Of a DNA stretch of 64,000 nucleotides, positions 43,166-51,857 are shown one piece after another. The DNA is taken from positions 1 through 64,000 of the forward strand of contig JBGANV010000002.1 in assembly GCA_044222185.1 (NCBI GenBank). The letters run 5' to 3'. Positions within the stretch are counted from its first letter, which is position 1, and every line of letters begins with the position of its first letter. The translations under genes and the position numbers were made by a program. A model generated the notes under the pieces. It saw only the letters and a list, made by a program, of their open reading frames with translations. It was not told where the DNA came from and made no database searches. The DNA comes from Planctomycetota bacterium. Its GTDB lineage: Bacteria; Planctomycetota; GCA-002687715; CAIWVZ01.

Positions 43166-43682
43166 CGGGAGCGCCGGGCTCCGGCCCGGCCGGTTCGGCA
43201 GGGCTCCAGCCCTGCCGCGAGAACGAGGCCGCGTATCGCATCGCACGGCCACCTCATGCGGGACGCGGCGGATTCGAGGCGCCCGAACTGCAATCCGACG
43301 CCAGCCTGAATTCGCGGCGGGGCGGAGCCCCGCCGGTCCGGCCGCGCGGAGCGCGGCGCTCCGCCGTTCGCCTTCGCAACGCACCGCGAGAACGTGGTCG
43401 CGCATCCCATCGCGCATGCCAGCCCAACGGAACGCGTCGGATCCCCGGTACGCACGCTTCGGAGCCACGCCGGTCCCGCAAATAGCGGGAGCGCCGGGCT
43501 CCGCCCCGGCCGGTTCGGCAGGGCTCCAGCCCTGCCGCGAGAACGAGGCCGCGTGTCGCATCGCACGGCCACTTCATGCGGGACGCGACGGATTCGATGC
43601 GCCCGAACTGCGATCCGACGCCAGCCTGAATTCGCGGCGGGGCGGAGCCCCGCCGGTCCGGCCGCGCGGAGCGCGGCGCTCC
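43159..43682. repeat. Two ~204-bp direct copies (43159-43362, 43479-43682) of a REPIN/MITE-like palindromic element
   Basis: Period 320 bp. Near-terminal inverted ends GGAGCGCCG...CGGCGCTCC. Internal hairpins CGGCAGGGCTCCAGCCCTGCCG and CGGCGGGGCGGAGCCCCGCCG. Lies between convergent genes. Confidence 0.9.
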
Positions 43683-43712
43683 TTCACCAAGGCCGCGCCG
43701 AGTGCGGCGACT

Positions 43713-44678
43713 CTACAGCCCCGCGAGCACCTCGCGCAGGCGCGCGTCGAACACGGTCGAATCCTCGAGCATCGGGAAGTGCCCGAAACCATCGAGGATC
43801 ACGGCGTCATACGACCGGGCGTAGGTCTTGTTGCGCAACACCTCGGTCTTCGCCGAGTGCAACGTGTTGATCACGCGGATCGGCACGGGGCAATCACGAA
43901 ACGCGGCACGGGCGTCGTAATCGAGGAAAGCGCGGATGACGCCGGCCGCGACCTCCGGCGCCGTCTTCAACGCTCCTTGCTTCACGAACCCGACGAGTGC
44001 CGGATTCGATCCCCGCGGGAAACCGCTCCCGACGACCGCATCCACGGTCCCCGCGAAGTCCTTGCTCAGCGATTCGATCAACGGCGAGAGCTTCTCCGGC
44101 GTGTAGACGATCTCCGCGTCGTGCAACGCCTCGACGCCGACGACGGCCCGCATCCGGTCGGGCATCCTTGCCGCCGCAAGCAAGCTCACGGGACCGCCCA
44201 TGGAATGTCCGACGAGGATCACGTCGCGGAGACCGAGCTTCTCGACGACGGCACGCACGTCCTCCGCGAACGACGCCAGCGTCCAGTCCTTGCGAGTCTT
44301 CTCCGATTCCCCATGGCCGCCCAGGTCGATGCATACGACCTGGTGAGTGAGCGAGAACACGTCCATCTGCACGCCGAAGTGGCGGCGGTCGCACCACGCA
44401 CCGTGGATGAACACGAGGGGCGGGTCGCCGTGACCGCGGACGTCGTAGACGATGTCGAGGCCGTCGGCCGACGACGCATGGCCGGTCACGAGTGGATAGT
44501 CGTCCGTGATCTTGCCCCGCTTGCTCGTGGACACGCAGGCCGTGATGACGAGCCCGGCGAAGACGCACACCGCAAAGGCCAGACGTCGTGAGGACGTCCC
44601 TGCGCGATGCACGAAGGGCGGGAGAAGGGGTCGTTCCGGACGCCACGGTCGAATGTCGTTCATGTCTGGTTCCGCCAC
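43713..44678 (-). CDS. Alpha/beta hydrolase, probable lipoprotein
   Basis: VFIHG, DLGGHGES, GHSMGG nucleophile motif, GHFPMLE; ITAC lipobox. Start uncertain. Confidence 0.9.
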   Translation of the reverse strand: MAEPDMNDIRPWRPERPLLPPFVHRAGTSSRRLAFAVCVFAGLVITACVSTSKRGKITDDYPLVTGHASSADGLDIVYDVRGHGDPPLVFIHGAWCDRRHFGVQMDVFSLTHQVVCIDLGGHGESEKTRKDWTLASFAEDVRAVVEKLGLRDVILVGHSMGGPVSLLAAARMPDRMRAVVGVEALHDAEIVYTPEKLSPLIESLSKDFAGTVDAVVGSGFPRGSNPALVGFVKQGALKTAPEVAAGVIRAFLDYDARAAFRDCPVPIRVINTLHSAKTEVLRNKTYARSYDAVILDGFGHFPMLEDSTVFDARLREVLAGL

Positions 44679-44738
44679 CGGGCCCTTGCGCCGAACGGCG
44701 GCGGCATCGTACTCAAGTCCCCAACCGGGAACGCCCTC

Positions 44739-45842
44739 GTGACTTCAGCACAAGAACCACCGACCGAACCGCCCTCCGCCAATCCGCCCGCCAGCGCAGG
44801 GGATGGTCCGCGCCGACGACGCCCCCGCTACGGCGGGACGCATCCGCGTCGTTTCGACGAGAAGTACAAGGAACTTGACCCCGCCCGGTATCCGGCGGAG
44901 ATCGAGAAGGTGCGGGCGCGCGGCCACACCCCGGCGGGCTCTCACGTTCCGGTCATGCTGAACGAAGTGGTCGATGCCCTGCAGCCACGGCCCAATGAGA
45001 TCGCGCTCGACTGCACTCTCGGACACGGCGGCCACGCGGCGGCGCTCGCCGCCCGCGTGGCCCCCGATGGGTTCGTGATCGGGCTCGACTGGGACTCGGA
45101 CGAGCTGGCACGGACCCGTGCGGATCTCGAAGGCCGCGGACTCGCGGTGCGGGCGCGGCGATCGAACTTCGCGGGCGCGGCCGCCGTTCTCGAAGCCGAG
45201 GGTCTCACTGCCGTCGACCTGGTCCTCGCCGACCTGGGCGTATCTTCCATGCAGCTCGACCGACCGGATCGCGGGTTCTCGCTCAAGCACGACGGCCCCC
45301 TCGACATGCGCATGGACCGGTCGCGAGGTCAACCCGCTTCGGGATGGCTCGCATCCGCCACCGTCGAAGAAATCGCGGGGGTTCTCGATCGCTTCGGCGA
45401 CGAACCCGATTCCGATCGCATCGCGCAGGCGATCACCGCACGGTTCGCTGAACGCAAGCCGCTTCGCTCGACACGCGATCTGGTCGAGGTCGTGCTGCGG
45501 GCCAAGCGCATCGATCCACGGACCTTCAAACAGGAGTCGGCGTTCACGTCGCACCCGGCCGCGCGGACGTTCCAGGCCCTTCGCATGGCGACGAACCGCG
45601 AGATCGAGAACCTCGCGCAGCTGCTCCGCACGCTGCCGTGGATCACGAAGAGCGGTGGGCGCATCGCCATCATCTCGTTCCACCGCGGCGAGGATCGCAT
45701 GGTGAGCGACGCATTCGCGCGCGGCCTCGCGGAGGGGACGTATTCCGCCATCTCGGCGGACCCGGTGCTTCCCGCCAGGACCGAAGTCCACGACAACCCG
45801 CGTGCGCGATCGGCCCGATTGCGCTGGGCGGTGCGCGCGTGA
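44739..45842 (+). CDS. rsmH: 16S rRNA m4C1402 methyltransferase RsmH-family paralog
   Basis: HVPVMLNEV, DCTLGHGGH, DLGVSSMQLD, PLDMRM, RTFQALR, ISFHRGEDR, NPRARSARLR. Confidence 0.9.
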   Translation: MTSAQEPPTEPPSANPPASAGDGPRRRRPRYGGTHPRRFDEKYKELDPARYPAEIEKVRARGHTPAGSHVPVMLNEVVDALQPRPNEIALDCTLGHGGHAAALAARVAPDGFVIGLDWDSDELARTRADLEGRGLAVRARRSNFAGAAAVLEAEGLTAVDLVLADLGVSSMQLDRPDRGFSLKHDGPLDMRMDRSRGQPASGWLASATVEEIAGVLDRFGDEPDSDRIAQAITARFAERKPLRSTRDLVEVVLRAKRIDPRTFKQESAFTSHPAARTFQALRMATNREIENLAQLLRTLPWITKSGGRIAIISFHRGEDRMVSDAFARGLAEGTYSAISADPVLPARTEVHDNPRARSARLRWAVRA

Positions 45843-47272
45843 CCGAGACCGCCGTACACCCCCTCCGGCGTGAGGCCCGGCTGACGCTCCGCCTCGCCGC
45901 CCCCATCGCCGCCGCCCAGATCGGACAGGTGCTGATGGGCATCGTCGATACGGCCGTGGTCGGGCACGCGGGCGAACGCCAGCTCGCAGGCGTGAGCTGC
46001 GGCAACGGCATCGCCGGTGTCGTGTCGCTCTTCGCACTGGGGCTCGCCCTGGGGCTCGACCCGGTCGCGACTCAGCGCGTCGGCGCGGGAGATCACCGCG
46101 GAGCCTGGCGCGCGTTGATGGACACCCTGCGCCTCTCGGTGGTGGCCATTCCGCTCCTGGCCGGATTGAACTGGCTGCTGACGAGCCTCGTCACGACTCC
46201 CAATCTCGGGCCGTCGTTCTTTCCGCGCTGGTTCCCCATGGATCGTGACGTCGCGGAGACGGCCCAGTCGTTCGCATGGGTTCGCATGCCGGGAGCACTC
46301 GCGTTCATGATGTACGGGGCCTACCGCGCGTGGTTCTACGCGAACCACTCCACACGGCCGCTCATCCTGGCGATCGCGTTCGCGAACGTCATCAACTTCG
46401 TGCTCGACTACGTCTTCGTGTTCGGCGATGCGGGGCTCGCGAGAATCGGCCTGCCCTCGTTGGGGATCCCGGCCCTCGGCGCCGTGGGAGCGGGAATCGT
46501 CACGAGCACCGTGAGCCTCCTGATCGTCGCGATGCTGGCGCCGTTGGCGGCTCGCAAGCGACGCGCCCAGCTCGGCAGCCACGCGCCAGCAGCCGGGGAC
46601 GTGCCGTCCGAGTCACGCGCGGTCGGCATGCTTCGCATCGCGCGTCTCGGCCTGCCGACCGCGGCCACCATCTTCCTCGAGGCGGGGATCTTCTACCTGA
46701 TCGGCTGGCGAATGGGCGTCTTCGGAACGACGGCGCAAGCGGCCCAGCAGATCGCTCTCCAGGTCGTCAGCGCGACGTTCATCGTCGCCATGTCGGTCGG
46801 CGTCGCCGCCACGGTTCGCGTGGGGCATGCGATCGGAGCCGGTGACACGCCAGGCGCGCGCCTCGCCGGGTTCACGGCATTCCTCATGTCGTTCGGATGG
46901 ATGGGCTGCTGCGGCGTCGTTCTTCTCCTGGCACCCGAGGCGGTGGCCGCGCTCTTCAACGATGACCCCGCGCTGATCGCGGCCACGGCACCCCTCCTGC
47001 GGATCGGCGGCCTGTTCCAGATCTTCGACGGGCTGCAAGCGACCGCGTGCGGCGCACTTCGCGGCGTCGGCGACACGCGGATGCCACTCCTCGCGAATCT
47101 GGGCGGATACTGGGTCGTCGGCCTGCCTTTGGCTGAGTGGCTCGCGTTCCGGCGGAACTTCGGGGCGAACGGGTTGTGGTACGGGCTGACGTTCGCGCTC
47201 GCGATCGTCGCCGTCCTTTTGGTGTGGCGGTTCGCGCGTATCACTCGACGCACGATTCAGCGCGTCGGGTAG
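45839..47272 (+). CDS. MATE family efflux transporter
   Basis: LAAPI..VDTAVVG, RLGLP, VRVGHAIGAGD, FQIFDGLQ..GALRGVGDTR. Confidence 0.93.
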   Translation: MTETAVHPLRREARLTLRLAAPIAAAQIGQVLMGIVDTAVVGHAGERQLAGVSCGNGIAGVVSLFALGLALGLDPVATQRVGAGDHRGAWRALMDTLRLSVVAIPLLAGLNWLLTSLVTTPNLGPSFFPRWFPMDRDVAETAQSFAWVRMPGALAFMMYGAYRAWFYANHSTRPLILAIAFANVINFVLDYVFVFGDAGLARIGLPSLGIPALGAVGAGIVTSTVSLLIVAMLAPLAARKRRAQLGSHAPAAGDVPSESRAVGMLRIARLGLPTAATIFLEAGIFYLIGWRMGVFGTTAQAAQQIALQVVSATFIVAMSVGVAATVRVGHAIGAGDTPGARLAGFTAFLMSFGWMGCCGVVLLLAPEAVAALFNDDPALIAATAPLLRIGGLFQIFDGLQATACGALRGVGDTRMPLLANLGGYWVVGLPLAEWLAFRRNFGANGLWYGLTFALAIVAVLLVWRFARITRRTIQRVG

Positions 47273-47323
47273 CCGTCGGCACGTGGCCGCCATCGCCCGC
47301 GCGCGGCATCGAAGGAGTGACCC

Positions 47324-47674
47324 ATGGCCGCCAAGATCAGCTGGGCATATCACCGCAAGGGTTGAACGAGTTGCACCCGCGCCGACGCGTATTTCGCGAA
47401 GCGCGGGCTGACCGCCGGTACGGTGGTCGATGCCAAGAAGGAACGAATCGGCGAGAAGGCCGCGCTCGAAATCGCCCGCTCCATGCAGCGCGTGATCGCC
47501 GCGCGCGGAACGAAGATCGTCACGTTCGACATGAAGAAGGCCCCGCCGGCCGACACCGATCTACTCGCAGTGATCATGGGCAATTCAGGGAATCTCCGCG
47601 CACCCACGCTGAAGGTCGGCACGACGCTGCTCGTGGGGTTCAACGAAGAGGCATACGACGGGCTGTTGCGATGA
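47324..47674 (+). CDS. ArsC/Spx-like thioredoxin-fold selenoprotein (UxxC), 116 aa, Sec at TGA 47363-47365
   Basis: SD GAAGGAG, then ATG and MAAKISWAYHRKG*TSC, continuing in frame into ORF 47423..47674 (GNLRAPT..VGFNEE). Confidence 0.88.
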
Positions 47675-48175
47675 GAGATCCGCCGCCGTCCGGAATGGGG
47701 CCTGGCGGCGGCGAATGCGCCGCTCGCACGGCGCGACCCGAACGGAATCGCGCACGGGTCTGCGCTGCCTGCTCGATTCCCGACCCTGCATCGGCGCTCG
47801 CCCCATGACGCACGGCCCGCGGGCGCTCGCCGCGTTCCAATCGCGGTAGCAGGGTGCAGGATGTCCGAGTGGACAGCCGACAGCCGGCTCGGGAGCCCCG
47901 AACCCGGCCTTCGAAGTCCACTCACCCCGCGTCGAAGTCGAATGGACCGCGAGGAGAACTCCCATTCGTTGTCATTCGAAGGGAACCACCCACACCGAGA
48001 AATGGGTGCGGAACGGTGCGTTCGCCGGTCCTTCGGCACAAGTAACCGGATGTTGCGATCGTCGGCGACACCATGAGCCGAGTCCGGGACATCGTTCCGT
48101 TTCTCCATCGCGGCCGATTCCCAGCTCCTGCGTGGCGTCGTCGCGAACTACGGCACGATCATCACGGAGGCCCTC

Positions 48176-48646
48176 ATGACACCGTCCAACAGGTCGATCT
48201 CATCCGAACGGAAAGCAACGTACTACGTGGGTATGGCGGTCGCCGCCGTTGGACTCGTTCTCGTCCTGACGACGTTCGTGAGCTTCGTCGACAGCGCCGG
48301 GAATCTCGCCAAGAACCCTCAAAGTCGCCCAGCGTCGGTGATCGTCCCAGCGTTGATAGGCGGAGTGCTTCTCGTCATCGGTCAGTTCGTGATGCGACTC
48401 GGAGCGCGCGGTCTGGCGGGATCTGGTGTAATCCTGGACCCATCGCGGGCGCGAAAAGACATCGAACCCTGGAGTCGAATGGGCGGCGGGATCGTTCGAG
48501 ACGCGCTCGCCGAGATCGACGTCGCAGGCAAGGTCGGGAATCCCTCGCAACCGCCCAAGGCTCAGGTCAAGGTTCGTTGCAAGCAATGCCAGGCGCTCAA
48601 CGACGAGACATCCAAGTTCTGCGGTCAATGCGCGGCGCCCACCTGA
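48176..48646 (+). CDS. Two-TM membrane protein with C-terminal zinc ribbon
   Basis: GGAGG SD; two hydrophobic helices; CKQC..KFCGQC. Confidence 0.85.
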   Translation: MTPSNRSISSERKATYYVGMAVAAVGLVLVLTTFVSFVDSAGNLAKNPQSRPASVIVPALIGGVLLVIGQFVMRLGARGLAGSGVILDPSRARKDIEPWSRMGGGIVRDALAEIDVAGKVGNPSQPPKAQVKVRCKQCQALNDETSKFCGQCAAPT

Positions 48647-49395
48647 TGAACCCGCTCTGAAGGCCGACGTGGAAATCACTGCTCGCGCCCCATGATGCGC
48701 CGATCACGACGATCGACGCATGCCTCGGCCAGACGGGCGTTCGGACGCCGCACGGGGACGGGTCGCCGCGCGTCGAGAAAACGCGAAGGGCGGTCGCGAG
48801 CCTGCCGGCGGTTGGCGTCGCCAGCGATTCGACCCCGATGAGAGCGCAATACCAGGTGGATCTCCGTCGAGGGCGGCGCCGGGGTTTCATTTACGCGTAG
48901 ATCCAGCCTCCGCAGGTCGTCACATACCTCTGACCTGCCCCGGCACCGAGGATCGCGGTCTCGCAACCCGCAAAGCCGGCAATGATCTCCGGCTCGATGT
49001 CGCCGTTGGATCAGATCGTTTGGCGGTCCATGGCTTCACGTGGGTGGACGCGTTGAGTCTTCCGCCCACCCAAGACCGTTCGAGGTGTCTCAGCGGCATC
49101 GGTTGCTTCGCTCCGACGACAGTTGGTGAGACCGAGCAACGCTCCAACCGCTCCGATCCGCTCGCGGGTCGGGAAGTGCGGCGCCGACGTCAGGAGCGAT
49201 GCACGGAAGGCCGCTCCGTCGATCCGAGAATTCGTTGGAACTCGCCGTCGGTCCCATCTCCCAGCCCGCAAGGAACTGGCAATTCGCAAGACCGTCAGCG
49301 ACTCCGCGCTCTGGTGAGCCTCCGGGATTCTCGATCCGGGGGCGGGCCCGCGAGGGGCAAGGCAAGAACCGAACGGACGGCCTGCTGATTTGGAA

Positions 49396-51672
49396 TCACC
49401 CTTCCGGCAGGTCGATCGTCGACGTCCACGTCTTGACCTCCGGGACCGCCGCAAGTTCCTCGTCATCCAGAACCATCACGCCGGGCAATTGGCCCGAGAT
49501 GATGGTTTGGATCTGGCGGCGCATCGATTCGTCGCGCACCAGGATGACCGGCATCCCGGCCGCGTGCTGATGACGTGGCATGTCCTTCGGTGACGCCGAC
49601 GTGGCGATGTAGGTCCCCAGGTGATTACACGGCTTGATGAACGCCCGGATGGCGTCGCGGACCAATGCGTTGTGGCCCCCACCGAGGCGGTTCAGGAGCG
49701 TGTGCTCGAGGCGGTACGCGTTCAGCGCGCCCGTCGGACCGACGTATCGCGAGAGCATGACGGGGAGCAGCTCACGTCGCACGATGGAGTAGGTCTTCTC
49801 GGCATCGCGCGCTTCGCGATTGGCGCCCTCGCGGCGGAACCTGGCGCGCAGGAACGCCTCGAGAATGCGCCCGCGATTGGCTTCCGTGAGAAAGATCTGG
49901 TCCCGCAGGCACATGCGAAGAACCTCGGTCGCCTCCGCCACGCCGGCAGCCTGCGCCGACGCCAGTGCGTCGAGCAACGCCCGGCCGAATTCCGGGAAGT
50001 CCGCTGCGGCGCGCCGCAGGAAGCCGTAGGCCTGCTCCGAATCCAACAGGTCGGCCGCACGCAGCGTCAGCGCGGATTCCAGATGGTCCAGGAGCACCTG
50101 GACCGGTGAGCGCACGAAACTCCCAGCAGGGTGCCCGCCGATCGGGTATGCCGCGGCCTCTCCCCAGGTCCCCGGTAGGGGCGCCGTCTCGGCAATCGCA
50201 TCGGCGAGCAAGGCGGCCGGGTCAGGGATTCGAGCAGCGAGGGAGCGATCCAACCGGATCGATCCGCGCGAGATGACGCCTCCGTTCAGCTCGATCACGT
50301 AGCTCGATCGTCCGGCCACCTGCGGAAACGCACGCTTCTCGATCCCGATCCGCTGGACCGGGAACCCGAGTTTTTCGCGCAAGTCCCGCCAGAGCACGGC
50401 GACCTGAAGCTCCGGACCGGCGATGTCAGGCCCATAGAACTGCAGGATCGTCTCTGGGAATTCGATCTTGTCGGGCGTGAGATCCCGGAACGCTCCGACG
50501 AGCATCAGGTGCAGCTCTGGTGGGACGACGAGCTTGATCGGCGTCGGCGCCGATTGCGGCTTGCGCGGCGTCGTGGCCGCAGCCTTCCCGACGGCCCCCG
50601 CCGGAGCTTCCGCGGTGGCGACCTGCCGACGCAGGGTGCGGAATCGATGAACGGAGAACCCGATGGCCATGGCTCCGAGAGCGGCGAACGGCACTGGGGG
50701 GAATCCCGTCACGGAGCTCGTGAGCGCGACCATCGTGAGAACGATTCCGACGAACATGACGGCGATGGGCTGATCGATGATCTGCCGCTTGATGTCGAAG
50801 GCTGCATTGCTGCTCGCGTCCTCGGTGGCGCGGACGCGCGTGACGAGCGCCGCAGCCGAGGCGGAGATGAGCAACGAGGGAACCTGGCTGACGAGCCCAT
50901 CGCCGATCGTGAGCAGCGTGTATTGGCGTGCCGCCTGGCCGATCGAGAGGCCCCCCTCGGAGACCCCGATCACGAGGCCTCCGATCACGTTCACCGCCGC
51001 GATGACGATTCCTGCGATCGCGTCGCCCTTGATGAACTTCATGGCACCTTCGAGGGCTCCGAAGAGACGGGCTTCCGCGCTGAGTTCGAAGCGGCGCGAC
51101 TTGGCTTCCGCTTCGGCCTTCTTGTCGGATGCACTCCGGGCCGTTTGAAGATCGGCTTCGATCGCCTGCTGCTTGAATGGCATGCCATCGAGGAAGAACC
51201 GGGCGGACGCGTCGGACGCGCGCTCGGCACCCTTCGAGATCACGATGAACTGGATCACGAGGAGCACGAGGAAGACGACCGTGCCCACGATGAAGTTGCC
51301 GCCGACGACGAACTCGCCGAACGTGGCGATGATCTCGCCGGCCCTGCCCTCGCCGAGGATCAACCGGGTCGTGGCGACGTTCAGGCCCAGGCGGAGCAGG
51401 GTCGTAAGCAGCACGAGTGTCGGGAGCGACGAGAACCGCGCCGCCTCGGACACCTGCGTCGCGACGACGAGGATCGTCAGCGACGCCGCCAGGTTGACCG
51501 CGATCAGGTAATCGATCATGCCGACCGGGATCGGCAGGACGAGCGCGATCAGGATGATCAGGACGAGGATCGGGAGCGCGGCCTCGCTTCCGAGCGCGAG
51601 GAACCGATCCACGGACTTGCGGAGACTCCCCTTCGCGCCCGGGGTGCTTGCCACTGAGACGGATCGAGACAT
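49396..51672 (-). CDS. Type III export-gate protein of the FHIPEP family (SctV/FlhA-like), divergent
   Basis: FSSLPTLVLLTTLLRLGLNVATTRLIL, GEFVVGGN, VISKGAER..ARFFLDGMPFKQ..GAMKFIKGDAIAG, TIGDGLVSQVPSLLIS; large cytoplasmic domain. Confidence 0.93.
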   Translation of the reverse strand: MSRSVSVASTPGAKGSLRKSVDRFLALGSEAALPILVLIILIALVLPIPVGMIDYLIAVNLAASLTILVVATQVSEAARFSSLPTLVLLTTLLRLGLNVATTRLILGEGRAGEIIATFGEFVVGGNFIVGTVVFLVLLVIQFIVISKGAERASDASARFFLDGMPFKQQAIEADLQTARSASDKKAEAEAKSRRFELSAEARLFGALEGAMKFIKGDAIAGIVIAAVNVIGGLVIGVSEGGLSIGQAARQYTLLTIGDGLVSQVPSLLISASAAALVTRVRATEDASSNAAFDIKRQIIDQPIAVMFVGIVLTMVALTSSVTGFPPVPFAALGAMAIGFSVHRFRTLRRQVATAEAPAGAVGKAAATTPRKPQSAPTPIKLVVPPELHLMLVGAFRDLTPDKIEFPETILQFYGPDIAGPELQVAVLWRDLREKLGFPVQRIGIEKRAFPQVAGRSSYVIELNGGVISRGSIRLDRSLAARIPDPAALLADAIAETAPLPGTWGEAAAYPIGGHPAGSFVRSPVQVLLDHLESALTLRAADLLDSEQAYGFLRRAAADFPEFGRALLDALASAQAAGVAEATEVLRMCLRDQIFLTEANRGRILEAFLRARFRREGANREARDAEKTYSIVRRELLPVMLSRYVGPTGALNAYRLEHTLLNRLGGGHNALVRDAIRAFIKPCNHLGTYIATSASPKDMPRHQHAAGMPVILVRDESMRRQIQTIISGQLPGVMVLDDEELAAVPEVKTWTSTIDLPEG

Positions 51673-51739
51673 GGATGAACCCCCCGCGCCCGTTCGTGGA
51701 CCCGATGCGGACCCGGAGCCCAAGCGCGACTCGAGACGT

Positions 51740-51767
51740 TGATCGCGTTCGGGCTCGCCGTGTTGCA
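51740..51767 (-). promoter_or_regulatory. ECF-type promoter for the sctV-like gene
   Basis: Minus strand TGCAAC-N16-CGATCA. Confidence 0.75.
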
Positions 51768-51769
51768 CG

Positions 51770-51797
51770 TGCAACGCCTCCGAGCCGACGACGATGA
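51770..51797 (+). promoter_or_regulatory. ECF-type promoter for the FHA gene
   Basis: TGCAAC-N16-CGATGA. Confidence 0.75.
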
Positions 51798-51857
51798 AGG
51801 GATGAGGCCCCGTCCCGGCCGGCGCGAACCATGCGCCGACGCCGACGGGAATACACC

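Noticed and set aside
49396-51672. Ordinary flagellar flhA operon
   Set aside because: No flhB, flhF or fli/flg neighbours, and the GAMKF signature and neighbouring genes fit a non-flagellar system better. Not fully excluded without a tree.
51750-51790. Sigma54 promoter at TTGCA
   Set aside because: No GG at the required GG-N10-GC spacing on either strand.
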